Source of the DNA: Amoebidium appalachense
Lineage: Eukaryota; Protista; Ichthyosporea
Direction: 5' to 3'
DNA length: 64,000 nt
Assembly (NCBI GenBank): GCA_963693365.1
Contig: CAVNZM010000008.1
Span: forward strand, 5,898,330-5,962,329
This document shows, in pieces, positions 1 through 16,557 of this stretch. The notes under the pieces were generated by a model that saw nothing but the letters and a program-made list of their open reading frames with translations, had not been told where the DNA came from and did no database searches. Positions within the stretch are counted from its first letter, which is position 1. Each line of letters opens with the position of its first letter. A program made the translations under genes and the position numbers.

Positions 1-670
1 CATGAATAAATGCATCGGTGCATGCAAATAATGCAAATGTGAGGCCGGAAGCATGCAAAAGTGTCTCTCTCGGGAGGCCAAATAAATGCATCGGTGCATG
101 CAAATAATGCGGTGCATGCAAATAATGCAAAGTGTGAGGCCGGAAGCATGCAAAAGTGTCTCTCTCGGGAGGCCAAATAAATGCATCGGTGCATGCAAAT
201 AATGCGGTGCATGCAAATAATGCAAATGTGAGGCCGGAAGCATGCAAAAGTGTCTCTCTCGGGAGGCCAAATAAATGCATCGGTGCATGCAAATAATGCG
301 GTGCATGCAAATAATGCAAAGTGTGAGGCCGGAAGCATGCAAAAGTGTCTCTCTCGGGAGGCCAAATAAATGCATCGGTGCATGCAAATAATGCGGTGCA
401 TGCAAATAATGCAAAGTGTGAGGCCGGAAGCATTCATCGGTGCATGCAAATAATGCAAAGTGTGAGGCCGGAAGCATGCAAAAAATGCTAAGTGTGAGGC
501 CGGGGGGGGGGCAAATAAATGCATCCGTGCATGCAGGGGGGGGGGGGGGTGGGCAAATGCATCCGTGCATGCAGGGGGGGTGGGCAAATGCATCCGTGCA
601 TGCAGGGGGGGGGGGGGGGGGGGGGGGCAAATGCATCCGTGTGAGGCCGGGGCATGCAAAAGCTAAATGC
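1..670. repeat. ~95-bp tandem array (TGCATGCA-rich, contains tgtgaggccgg), degenerating to the right
   Basis: gtgtctctctcgggagg recurs at 61, 156, 250 and 345. Confidence 0.9.
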
Positions 671-963
671 ATCCGTGGTGGCACACGTGTCTTTTTAATG
701 TAATATATTTATTCACTGCATGAGTTTTACATAGTATCGAAAATGTGTATGAACACTCCACTGTCGAACACGTGTATGACCCCCCTCCCCTCTCCCACAA
801 CATACACTCGGAAACCCCCCCCCCCCACAAAAAAAAATACACTCGGTTGCTTGCAAAAACTATTACCCCCCCTCAACAAAAAAATAATAACATATAACCG
901 ATTGCTTGCAAAAAACACTAAGTAAAGCATAACGAAGCATGCCACTACCCCCCCCCCCCCCTC

Positions 964-1945
964 TTACTTCTTCTTCTTGGGAGCCCTCTCGGTAATCTGC
1001 TGTGCGGGTCTCTTATGGCCGCCCCTGCCGCCCCTGCCACCCCTGCCGCCCCGGTAACTTGCATCGAGCTGTTTTTTCATCTCCTGAAATATATTCAATG
1101 CCAATCCCTCCATTTCCTGCTCCTCTTCCTCCTGACCCTCCTCCTCCTGACTCTCCTCCTCCTGACCCTCCCTCTCCCTCTCCGAGTCCTTCTCCCCCTC
1201 CCCCCTCCCCCCTCTCCCTCTCCGAGTCCTTCTCCCCCTCCCCCTCCCCCTCTCCCCTTCCTCCTCATCCGAAATTAAAGAAATCTCTTCACAAACCTTC
1301 CCTCCCTCCCTTCTTACGTTTCTCCCCTTCCGTCGTTTCTCCCTCCTTACGTTTCTCCCGTTCCACCATCCGCCGGGCTACACGGCCACTGGCAGGGTGC
1401 GTGTGCTTCACCTCAAAAAACCCCATTGCTGTATAATCATAACTCCAATGTTGCCCCGTTTCGGGGTCCCTATACACGTTTTCAGAGACAACCTCCATCA
1501 ACTTCTTCGCCCCTCCTATCACCACCTCCGCAAAAGGTGGTTCTGTTTTCTCCTCGCTGACCACCTTCCGGTGCATTACCTCGCCCCCTTCCTCGTCCTC
1601 CTCGCCCACCCCCTCACCCTCACCCTCCGCCTCGCCCACCCCCTCACCCTCACCCTCCGCCTCTCTCTCGCCCCTCACACGAAGGGTATCCTCTACCACC
1701 GACCTCTCCCTGCCCCCCTGCTCCTCCTCCCTGGCAAACAGACTCTCATCTTGCAGAAGTTCCGGGTCAAACTGGATTGCTCTCGCACACACCCTCCTAA
1801 GTACACTCCGTGCGTACCTCAACTCCCCTTCATAGAAAACCACCGTGTCATGCAATTCAATCAGTGATTTTTCCGCGTCTGAAATTTTCGATGAGATGTT
1901 GTTATCTACAACGGACTCATAGCGTGTCAGCCCTTTAGGCGGCAT
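964..1945 (-). CDS. Hypothetical protein with N-terminal coiled coil and Glu/Gly-rich middle; probably extends via a frameshift or intron to an RGG and PKKKK tail
   Basis: 218-aa ORF at 1945-1289 with a complex N-terminus. Another frame continues VCEEISLISDEEE and ends [35 protein letters not shown] at ~964. No family recognised. Confidence 0.5.
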
Positions 1946-3137
1946 TTTGGAATTGTAAGACTAGGATGATCTGTTATAACAATTTCTGAGAAAAATAACT
2001 GTTGTTTGTGTGAAATCTGTGAAAACTGTAGTGTAGCCGTATTAATCCTGTTGTTTGTGTGAAATCTGTTGTTGTGTAATAGACAGGGAGAATCGGTTCG
2101 TAGATTTTGCAAAATGACATCAACTGGCAGCGCGCCGAATCATATAGTGCTTGATTCATCGGCCGCGGCAATAGGCACGGCAATAGGCACTGGTGTCCAG
2201 ATCCAATTGCCGGATACCCAATCAGGTGGCGGCTTTTGCAGGTCATGCTCACTCATGTGCTGTAATAGTAATCGAAAAATCTACGTTTATTTATTTCATG
2301 CTCACTCATGTGCTGTAATAGTAATCGAAAAATCTACGTTTATTTTATTTCATTCAAGTCTTGTGTACAACGAACATAAAACATCAACATGGATGCCTTT
2401 TGCCGCGGGTCATTCGGATGTCATTCGAATAGCACCTCTTTTGCCCCCCCTCCCCTCCGATGAGTGGCTTTTGAATTTCATGATGACGAATGCGTGTCAG
2501 ATCCCAAAATTGTCTAATTTGCCATGTTACGGTATAGACTGACTTTTATTCAAATGTATCGACAGTATACGAAACACAGGAAAAAGCTACTAGAATTGCT
2601 TTACTTTTGAAATTGGAGCTTACTTGTTTGCAGATGACCCGTTACCAATTCGCGTGCTCATGAATCGCGATGCTTACTGTGAAAAGCCTTGCCCCCCTCC
2701 AGATAGTGCACGTGATCCTACGATCTTCCCCAACCGCTGTCCAGCCAATCAAAAGGAGTGCGATTTGCTGGTTGTTTTTGCTATGTATACCAAAAGTTGT
2801 TTATACTTCATTAAAACGGCCGTAAGCAAAAAAAAAAGAATAAAATCAAAAATTAATTTGTCCAAATAGCTTTGATTGTTGCAATGTGATATAAAGGAGT
2901 AATTTTCTAACTTGTTTGACAGCGGGGTATCCAAATTGATTGGGCGCGTATCAGCTGCAAAAGCGTGCCTTTACATGTGCGAATGATTTAATTGGTTGTT
3001 TGGGGTCTTATTCAAGCGCCTGTTGATTCGCCACACATCAGCTGTCCAAATTGTCCCGTTTCCCGATATAAAAAGCGGTTACAGTCCCAGTTCTCTTACT
3101 TTTTCACCTTTCACCTTCTCTTGCATTCTCTTAAAAG

Positions 3138-3593
3138 ATGGGGACGTACGAAAAAGAAATTGACACAAAACTGGACGAGGTTTTCGGTAGTGCCCGCACT
3201 GTTCAAGCAAGGGAAGAAAACACTCGCAGGCTGATTAAAAAATGTAACCAAAGTCTTGCCGGTGCACGCGCAGGGAGCGAAAAAATTAAAACTTGCATGG
3301 TGGAATACACGAAGGCACTAGGCGAAGTATCAAGAGAAATGGAGTCGCTTTACATAGCTAGAGACACACGGGATACCGACGTAATGAAAACATTTGAAAA
3401 TTTCGTTAAAGATCAGGATCGTGATATGCGAGATTTCGAATGTGTAATGAACAAATACGAAGAAACGACACGTCGTGTGTTCAAGTCTGCATTGGAAGCA
3501 GCTGGGGGGCGGGCGACAAGGACAGAACAAGATGAATCGAGGGAAGGGCCGCGCAAGAGGCATCGTGGCGGACTTGGAGGGAGGGAGAAGTAA
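3138..3593 (+). CDS. Hypothetical 151-aa helical/coiled-coil protein with basic C-terminal motif (PRKRHR)
   Basis: Clean intronless ATG ORF with protein-like composition and a TATA-like gatataaaaa ~70 bp upstream; divergent from the ORF starting at 1945. Confidence 0.6.
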   Translation: MGTYEKEIDTKLDEVFGSARTVQAREENTRRLIKKCNQSLAGARAGSEKIKTCMVEYTKALGEVSREMESLYIARDTRDTDVMKTFENFVKDQDRDMRDFECVMNKYEETTRRVFKSALEAAGGRATRTEQDESREGPRKRHRGGLGGREK

Positions 3594-3602
3594 CAGGGGG
3601 CT

Positions 3603-3633
<31 letters not shown>

Positions 3634-3755
3634 GGGGTGTGCTTACACACTGGGGGGGTGGATGCTTACACACTGATAGTGTTTGTTATGTTGGTGTATA
3701 GTAGATTGTATAGGCATTATATGGTGTTTTCCAAATTTTTTGATGATGATGTGAC

Positions 3756-4026
3756 TTCAAAATGTTCGATGGTGGCGTGGTGGGTGGTGTGGCTTAGTAA
3801 TAACTCGTTTTAAAAATATATATACACGTGATATGGCTTCAAAATGTTCGATGGTGGCGTGGTGGGTGGTGTGGCTTAGTAATAACTCGTTTTAAAAATA
3901 TATATACACGTGATATGGCTTCAAAATGTTCGATGGTGGCGTGGTGGGTGGTGTGGCTTAGTAATAACTCGTTTTAAAAATATATATACACGTGATATGG
4001 CTTCAAAACGTTCGATGGTGGCGTGG
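3756..4026. repeat. 82-bp tandem repeat, ~3.3 copies
   Basis: ttcaaaa(t/c)gttcgatggtggcgtgg at 3756, 3838, 3920 and 4002. Confidence 0.95.
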
Positions 4027-4295
4027 AAATAACTAGTTTTATAAATATAATATATCACGTCACACTCACATACCAGTGTACTTCCCAAAACACCCCCCCC
4101 CCCAAAAAAAAAAGCAGTCAAGCCAATTCACTTACCGAGACACTTGCCATCTTGCTGGCTTTGTCGTGAATCACCCGAATCGACCCCCATTTCACACACA
4201 CACACCACACGTGATAGCATGCCCCCCCCCCCACACACACACACACTCAGCATTATTTGCACACACGGGTGCATTTTTTGTTTCACTTTTTGCAT

Positions 4296-4522
4296 CCCCC
4301 GGCCTCACACTTAGCATATATATTTGGCCTCCCGGCCTCACACTTAGCATATATATTTGGCCTCCCGGCCTCACACTTAGCATATATATTTGGCCCCCCG
4401 GCCTCACACTTAGCATTTATATTTGCCCCCTCCCGGCCTCACACTTAGCATATATATATTTGGCCCCCGGCCTCACACTTAGCATTTATATTTGCCCCCT
4501 CCCGGCCTCACACTTAGCATTC
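4296..4522. repeat. ~33-bp tandem repeat (ccggcctcacacttagcat core), 7 copies
   Basis: Direct inspection. The core is the reverse complement of the atgctaagtgtgaggccgg motif in the 1-670 array. Confidence 0.9.
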
Positions 4523-5069
4523 ACATCTGCCCTGCCTGCCGAGAGAGAGAGAGAGAGAGAGAGACTTTTTGCCCCCCCCCCCCCCCCCCCCCCCCTCCCC
4601 CCGTGCCCCCCGTGCCCCCCGGAACCACGCCCGGGCAGTGTCTTTCCACACACACACACACACACACGTGTGCCAGCAAGGCCCCCCAACTGTGAGGCCC
4701 CCGCCAGTCTCCTCCGCCTCCTCCGCCCCCCCCTGCCCCCCAGCCTCCCCCTCCCCCCAGCCCCCCCTCCTCCCGGAACCACGCCCCCAGCGGTGCCATG
4801 CCTCCCCCCTGCCCCCCTGCCCCCCTGCACGTGTGCCTCCCCCTCCTCCCGGAACCAGGCCCCCAGTGGTGGCAGCATATGCCTTTATTAGTCAAACAGA
4901 GCCACCAGAAACTTGCACCACTCTGGTGCCTCATGCACATCTACCTGCTGCACAGGCAACATGCTCTATGCATACATAATACTTTCTCACTGTGGGTGGC
5001 TCGCCAGTCTCGCCCTCCTTGCCCTCCTCGCCAGCATGTGTGCCTCACATATCCGCCCTCTTGCTGGCC

Positions 5070-8000
5070 TGCCGGAACCACGCCCCCAGTGGTGCCATTC
5101 CCCAGCGGTGCCATGCCTCCCCCACTCTCCCAGCCCCCCTGCACGTGTGCCTCCCCTCCCCCCCTGCTGCCGGAACCACGCCCCCCAGTGGTGGCATTCC
5201 AACATGCTTCCCCCACTCTCCCCCGGCCTCCTGTGCACGTGTGCCTCCCCTCCCCCCCTGCTGCCGGAACCACGCCCCCCAGTGGTGGCATTCCAACATG
5301 CTTCCCCCACTCTCCCCGGCCTCCTGTGCACGTGTGCCTCCCCCTCCCCCCCCTGCTGCCGGAACCACGCCCCCCAGTGGTGGCATTCCAACATGCTTCC
5401 CCCACTCTCCCCGGCCTCCTGTGCACGTGTGCCTCCCCTCCCCCCTGCTGCCGGAACCACGCCCCCCAGTGGTGGCATTCCAACATGCTTCCCCCACTCT
5501 CCCAGCCCCCCTGCACGTGTGCCTCCCCCTCCCCCCCTGCTGCCGGAACCACGCCCCCCAGTGGTGGCATTCCAACATGCTTCCCCCACTCTCCCAGCCC
5601 CCCTGCACGTGTGCCCTCCCCTCCCCCCCTGCTGCCGGAACCACGCCCCCCAGTGGTGGCATTCCAACATGCCTCCCCCACTCTCCCAGCCCCCCTGCAC
5701 GTGTGCCCCTCCCCTCCCCCCCTGCTGCCGGAACCACGCCCCCCAGTGGTGGCATTCCAACATGCTTCCCCCACTCTCCCCGGCCTCCTGTGCACGTGTG
5801 CCTCCCCTCCCCCCCTGCTGCCGGAACCACGCCCCCCAGTGGTGGCATTCCAACATGCTTCCCCCACTCTCCCCGGCCTCCTGTGCACGTGTGCCTCCCC
5901 TCCCCCCCTGCTGCCGGAACCACGCCCCCCAGTGGTGGCATTCCAACATGCTTCCCCCACTCTCCCCGGCCTCCTGTGCACGTGTGCCTCCCCTCCCCCC
6001 CTGCTGCCGGAACCACGCCCCCCAGTGGTGGCATTCCAACATGCTTCCCCCACTCTCCCCGGCCTCCTGTGCACGTGTGCCTCCCCTCCCCCCTGCTGCC
6101 GGAACCACGCCCCCCAGTGGTGGCATTCCAACATGCTTCCCCCACTCTCCCAGCCCCCCTGCACGTGTGCCTCCCCTCCCCCCCTGCTGCCGGAACCACG
6201 CCCCCCAGTGGTGGCATCCCAACATGCTTCCCCCACTCTCCCCGGCCTCCTGTGCACGTGTGCCTCCCCTCCCCCCCTGCTGCCGGAACCACGCCCCCCA
6301 GTGGTGGCATTCCAACATGCTTCCCCCACTCTCCCCGGCCTCCTGTGCACGTGTGCCTCCCCTCCCCCCCTGCTGCCGGAACCACGCCCCCCAGTGGTGG
6401 CATTCCAACATGCTTCCCCCACTCTCCCCGGCCTCCTGTGCACGTGTGCCTCCCCTCCCCCCCTGCTGCCGGAACCACGCCCCCCAGTGGTGGCATTCCA
6501 ACATGCTTCCCCCACTCTCCCAGCCCCCCTGCACGTGTGCCTCCCCTCCCCCCCTGCTGCCGGAACCACGCCCCCCAGTGGTGGCATCCCAACATGCTTC
6601 CCCCACTCTCCCAGCCCCCCTGCACGTGTGCCTCCCCTCCCCCCCTGCTGCCGGAACCACGCCCCCCAGTGGTGGCATCCCAACATGCCTCCCCCACTCT
6701 CCCAGCCCCCCTGCACGTGTGCCTCCCCTCCCCCCCTGCTGCCGGAACCACGCCCCCCAGTGGTGGCATTCCAACATGCTTCCCCCACTCTCCCCGGCCT
6801 CCTGTGCACGTGTGCCTCCCCTCCCCCCCTGCTGCCGGAACCACGCCCCCCAGTGGTGGCATTCCAACATGCTTCCCCCACTCTCCCCGGCCTCCTGTGC
6901 ACGTGTGCCTCCCCTCCCCCCCTGCTGCCGGAACCACGCCCCCCAGTGGTGGCATTCCAACATGCTTCCCCCACTCTCCCCGGCCTCCTGTGCACGTGTG
7001 CCTCCCCTCCCCCCCTGCTGCCGGAACCACGCCCCCCAGTGGTGGCATTCCAACATGCTTCCCCCCACTCTCCCCGGCCTCCTGTGCACGTGTGCCTCCC
7101 CTCCCCCCTGCTGCCGGAACCACGCCCCCCAGTGGTGGCATTCCAACATGCTTCCCCCACTCTCCCAGCCCCCCTGCACGTGTGCCCTCCCCTCCCCCCC
7201 TGCTGCCGGAACCACGCCCCCCAGTGGTGGCATTCCAACATGCTTCCCCCACTCTCCCCCGGCCTCCTGTGCACGTGTGCCTCCCCTCCCCCCCTGCTGC
7301 CGGAACCACGCCCCCCAGTGGTGGCATTCCAACATGCTTCCCCCACTCTCCCCGGCCTCCTGTGCACGTGTGCCTCCCCTCCCCCCCTGCTGCCGGAACC
7401 ACGCCCCCCAGTGGTGGCATTCCAACATGCTTCCCCCACTCTCCCCGGCCTCCTGTGCACGTGTGCCTCCCCTCCCCCCCTGCTGCCGGAACCACGCCCC
7501 CCAGTGGTGGCATCCCAACATGCTTCCCCCACTCTCCCAGCCCCCCTGCACGTGTGCCTCCCCTCCCCCCTGCTGCCGGAACCACGCCCCCCAGTGGTGG
7601 CATTCCAACATGCTTCCCCCACTCTCCCAGCCCCCCTGCACGTGTGCCTCCCCTCCCCCCTGCTGCCGGAACCACGCCCCCCAGTGGTGGCATTCCAACA
7701 TGCTTCCCCCACTCTCCCCGGCCTCCTGTGCACGTGTGCCTCCCCTCCCCCCCTGCTGCCGGAACCACGCCCCCCAGTGGTGGCATTCCAACATGCTTCC
7801 CCCACTCTCCCCGGCCTCCTGTGCACGTGTGCCTCCCCTCCCCCCCCTGCTGCCGGAACCACGCCCCCCAGTGGTGGCATCCCAACATGCTTCCCCCACT
7901 CTCCCCGGCCTCCTGTGCACGTGTGCCTCCCCTCCCCCCTGCTGCCGGAACCACGCCCCCCAGTGGTGGCATTCCAACATGCTTCCCCCCACTCTCCCAG

Positions 8001-8152
8001 CCCCCCTGCACGTGTGCCTCCCCTCCCCCCTGCTGCCGGAACCACGCCCCCCAGTGGTGGCATCCCAACATGCTTCCCCCACTCTCCCAGCCCCCCTGCA
8101 CGTGTGCCTCCCCTCCCCCCCTGCTGCCGGAACCACGCCCCCCAGTGGTGGC
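5070..8152. repeat. 91-93-bp GC-rich minisatellite, ~33 copies, two interleaved variants
   Basis: ggaaccacgccccccagtggtggcattccaacatgc recurs with period 93 (e.g. 5823, 5916). Variants carry ccggcctcctgtgcac or cagcccccctgcac. The unit has no stop codons in any frame, which explains the six ~1000-aa ORFs. Confidence 0.97.
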
Positions 8153-8407
8153 AGCCAGTGCCTTACATACTAATCTATTCTATGGCCACATGGCCAGATG
8201 GCCAGATTGTTTTGACTTCCGGTGGATCCCCCCCCTGCTCACAGACTGAATTTGATCTGGCCATCTGGCCATGTGGGTATAAACCGTTTTCTGTTCAAAT
8301 ATTGGAGAACTGTCGATAGTGATAGAAAATGTCATTGGAAGAACAATCGGGAAGGTCATCACGTGATAGATATTTGGAAGTGATCTACTGGAAAGAGCGA
8401 AGCAATA

Positions 8408-8862
8408 TTGGACTGCTCCCCCTAGTTGAACAGTTTGGGGGGAAAGCCGAAGGCTCTAAATTCGGATATTCGGGATTTGGTTGTAAGGTTTTACGGGTCG
8501 GGCCGAAGGCCTTAACGGGCCGCAGGCCCGCCTATTGGGCCGCCAGGCCCGGGGCCCCGGGGACCGGGGGCCTCCCCCCACCCACGCGGGCCACCCCCGG
8601 CCCGGCCCGGCCCGCGGGGGCACGGGGAGTAGAGCTCTACTCCCCGTGCCCCCGCGGGCCGGGCCGGGCCGGGGGTGGCCCGCGTGGGTGGGGGGAGGCC
8701 CCCGGTCCCCGGGGCCCCGGGCCTGGCGGCCCAATAGGGCGGGCCTGCGGCCCGTTAAGGCCTTCGGCCCGACCCGTAAAACCTTACAACCAAATCCCGA
8801 ATATCCGAATTTAGAGCCTTCGGCTTTCCCCCCAAACTGTTCAACTAGGGGGAGCAGTCCAA
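8408..8862. repeat. 455-bp near-perfect palindrome with no loop
   Basis: ttggactgctccccctag...gtagag|ctctac...ctagggggagcagtccaa. Centre at 8634/8635, arms of 227 and 228 bp with one single-base indel seen. Confidence 0.97.
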
Positions 8863-10354
8863 CCGAAATAACTTCGGTTTCGCTCGGCCACTCGCCCCAT
8901 GACTCCTGATTAACGGGTTAACGGAAATTCCTGAGCGGCTGCTGCCACCATATGATTGGTTTTCGCTTCCTATTGGTAGAAAATTTTACGACAGTACATT
9001 TTGATTCGCTTAGCCGGCATCACCCTGTTCTTAGAACGTCTGTAAATGGTTATCAATCACAGTGTAAACAAGCGGATCTTGGAACTTGTACGACTGTGAT
9101 TGGTGTATCTCAAATGTTGAAGATGCTAAACCAATCATAATTGCGTTTTGTTCAGTTTACCTTACTTATGATTGGTGGAACCTATCGTATGACCACGTGC
9201 TCACCGGCAAACGGCGGTGCTGTACATACTTCTTCCCACGCACAGCCGAGTTGCACGAAGTGTGTTTCTGTATACGTACCTTTCAGTACTAACAACTAAG
9301 CCCCGTACTAAGGTATGCATATAAGCGTAATATTCTCTCTGTCCTTTAGCTTTGCCTTCTTCACTTCTGCTGGAAATTTACATGTCACGGACAGGAAGTT
9401 TACAGTGCGTAACAGCTCAACACGAAGCACGCAGACACACGGACATCAGCTCGCCCACGCATCAGTGCAAGCACAACGCACACGGGCGGAAAAGTGTACG
9501 CACACTTGAACGAAAGGAACATCAGCACGCACCTAGGGTTGTATTAGAATTCCCAGCTGACTAACCTCACGACGGTAGCGGTAGGATGCTGTGCCTTGTT
9601 CTTTTACGATGGTCAACATCAAAGAACACCCGCATTAGCCAAAAACGAAAACAGCACGCACACTCACACAGGCATATTCCGCACTTTGAATAGACATAAA
9701 AGTTACACGCGCACGCACACACACACACACGCACACGCACACACGCACACACGCAAACACACACACATACACCGACACAAACCAAGACGTCACACGCGCT
9801 CACACATCTGTGCTTACTCAGAGGTACATATTCCATGCTTAAATAAACTCTACGTATACAATGTCGCATACCCATGTCCACACACCCACACACATACATA
9901 CACACACCAGCGGGCATGCACATAGCTTATGGCGTAAATATATGCGTGCACCCCTCATTCCCTCCTTTCCCCTTCCCCACCTCCCGCCAACGAAAACAGT
10001 GGATTTTCAGGTTTTTAATTGCTTACCCGTTTATGAGCACTACTTCGCTTGTGACACGAAAAACATGTCGTTGTTTGTTGGGGCTTGTTCGTGTACTTTC
10101 TACTTTGCATGCACCCCCCCCCCTCCCCCCCCCCCCCCCCCCCCCCCCCCACCTGCCCCGCCTGCCCTCCCTTGATGCGCACCCCCAAGGAACACGTCTC
10201 TCGATACCAACCCCCCCCCCTCCTCCTCCTCTCCCCCTCCCCCCCGCGCCCCCTCGGCCACCGACCCACCCACCCACCCAACCACCCTCCCATCCCCTGT
10301 TCTCTTGTAACATACTAACCCCGACTGCTTCCCGCATTCTTCCAGACCGCCACC

Positions 10355-13889
<3,535 letters not shown>

Positions 13890-15210
13890 TTGGCTTCTAC
13901 GATATGGAAGAGGGGGGATATCCTCGAAAACGTAGTCTCAGATGATGGCAGACCTCGATACTTTCCATAGGTTGTGGTTGCCTCAGCCTGGTCATATCTC
14001 ATTTTAACGTATGGAAATGATTGGAGGATGATGTTTATGATGACTTTACTGGTCACGTTTGTAATTTTCCTTGAGTCTATGGGGTCCTATCGTGTGTGAT
14101 TCCTATTCCCTCTCCCACACATTTGTGGTTGTTTTTTTTCGCTTTTCGTACTTCCGCTGGCTCTGGATTTTATTTTTTGAAAAGTTACTAACTAGCATAT
14201 TGTACTGAGTGGGTTAGATTTTATTACGCCCCACCCCGCCACACTCACAAACATTTCTACTCCTACTTGTGTGAGAGGTGTGAAACTGAACACATAGGTA
14301 ATTGCTGCCACTGAAGGGAACTTTTCTACCCCTTCTTTAACTCTCCCCCCCCCTTTCTTTCGAATTGCTGAGAGTGACATTTATCTTTCGGATGTAAAAA
14401 CAGAATGCTGTGCTGGGCGCAGTCACGGAAATAATATGAAGTGCACACAATGCATGTGTACGTCACTGCTCTATGTGCCTGTGTGAGTGGCCTGCCTGCT
14501 CCTGTCACAGTATGTGGTTGGTGGTGGTGGGGGCCCCCGGGGGGGGGGAGGGGGGGATTATACCGGTAACTAGCTACAGTGTCACACGAAGAGACCGAGG
14601 GAAAGCACTATGTACATGTGCATGTAGCCTGCTGACGGAAAGTGAGGGAGAGGACGGGCCCGGCCACTGAGCCGGGTAATGTGTTTGTCGGTGTCTGACT
14701 GAGGATTGGAATGTTGCGACATTCTTTCGAACCCTGTTCGGTTTTAGGCCGGGCCAGAAGGCCTCTCCACTATGTAGAACTTTTTTGAAGTCCAGGCATG
14801 CAGTTTACGGTTAACCGTTTGCAGAAAGTTTGATTCCTTCTTCCCAGCAAAAGTAGTTTTCACGCGGCCTTTATTACACTGTAACTGGTATAGTGTTTCA
14901 GGCGCATCAGTCATCCAGCTTCCGGTACGCAGGGATCATCTCCAAAATTAGGTCTCTACGTCAGTGATCGTCACCAACTTTATCTTCTCCCTCTGCCCCC
15001 TCCTTTTCCATCTACTATTTCTTTTCCATGCCACAGCAACATCCCGCCCCCTCTCCTCCCTAACTCACCCCCCCCCCCCCCCCCCCCCCCCCACCTCCTC
15101 CCCCCCTCCCCTTCTCCCCACCCCCCCATTTTTTCTTTAAAATTTAGAGAATGTCTGCGGATTGGTTGGCCAGCCGTCGTCGTTCTCTGTCTGCCCCCAG
15201 TCTGCTTGCA

Positions 15211-15705
15211 ATGGATGCAGCCCAAATTGGGACCCAAACCCACACGTAAGATACCCCCCCCCCCCCCCCCCTCCCCCCCCCTCCCCCCGCTCCCCGCCCC
15301 TTCCCCCCCCCCCCTCCCCCCTCCTCTTGTCTCCTTCCTCTTCCCCCCTGCCTCCTTCCCCCCCAAAACCCTACCCGGCCACCCATCCACCCACCCTCGA
15401 CCACCACCGCCACTAGCACACGCGCACACGCATATGCAGCAACACCAACACACATCCCCAGGTGTGCTCACAACGCACACCCTCACAAGGGCACGCGCTA
15501 ACACACACACGCACATTCTCCCACACATGCACAAGTAGCCACAAACACACACACAAACACACACGCGTACCGCCTGCACACACACACACGCACACACACA
15601 CACACACACACATTAACACCCAGACCCGTGCGGACACACACAAACACAAACCCACCATGCTCAAATTACTTTGCACGCACCGGCACACACTTGCGCACCC
15701 GCACC

Positions 15706-15745
<40 letters not shown>

Positions 15746-16292
15746 GACACACAGACACGCACACACACACATAAGTGTTTTATTTACACCGCTCCTCCCC
15801 ACACACACACAGATCTTTTTTCTTTCAATTTCTACATTTTGTTTTCGATTCCGTTTGTTCAGCAAGCTCTATCTTTGCGTTTTTCGTTCTTTCCTCGTGC
15901 TTTAAACGTAATGATACCACAGACCCCTCTAGAGGCCAACTCCTTCCCCCTCCCCCTCCCCCCCACCCCCCCCCCCTCCCCCTCCCCCCATCCCCACCCT
16001 CACCCGTGCCCACCCTCCTCCCACGAATGACTGGGGCCCTAACCTGAGGATGGGCTTCATTATTGATGCACACTTTTTGTGTGTGCCTGCTATCTCCCCC
16101 CTTCCCCCCCCTCTCCCTCTCCCGCCTCCCTCCCCTGCCTTCCCCCCTCGTGTTCCCGAACTGGCATCATGTTGTCTGTCGTGATGCTTATTGTGTTGTG
16201 TTGTGTGCTTCTTACTCCGTTATGCACTTCCCTCTCCCCCCCCCCCCCCCCCCACCACCACCACCACCACCACCACCACCACCACCACCCTC

Positions 16293-16337
<45 letters not shown>

Positions 16338-16504
16338 ACCACCCCTTACCCCTGGAAATCTACCCAGGCACCCACCAGACCATGACTTGACTTGCTTTCA
16401 GGTTTTTCCCGCACTTCCCTCTGTTGTGAACGAAGCTTAAGTATCATACATTAAGCCAGTCGCAAATATGGGCTCTGTGTGCAAGGGGCATAGCAGGGTG
16501 TTCG

Positions 16505-16557
<53 letters not shown>

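Larger units (their letters stand above)
1..8910 (-). mobile_element. End of a large tandem-repeat-rich element (left copy; continues beyond the window start)
   Basis: 8863-8910 is the reverse complement of 48759-48806 (47/48 identical). 8182-8353 is an inverted homolog of 50782-50963. Repeat motifs at ~4700-5100 (cccggaaccaggcccc, gccagtctc) match 51000-51300 inverted. Content is minisatellites and orphan ORFs, unlike the host block. No transposase or recombinase is seen. Confidence 0.65.

Noticed and set aside
5070-8152. CRISPR-like array (also the arrays at 52.4-54 kb and 58.6-61.5 kb)
   Set aside because: Head-to-tail units with no unique spacers, no cas genes, and a eukaryotic context.
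5070-8152. About 33 CACGTG E-boxes acting as a sink for the neighbouring bHLH-ZIP protein
   Set aside because: CACGTG is common in this CA/TG-rich DNA, and proximity to the gene says nothing about binding.
4798-8319. Six ORFs of 1000-1170 aa
   Set aside because: All six frames are open because the 91-93-bp unit lacks stop codons, and variable unit length scrambles the frames. Not credible proteins.
8329-8909. Mirror-image ORFs on both strands
   Set aside because: A by-product of the GC-rich palindrome.
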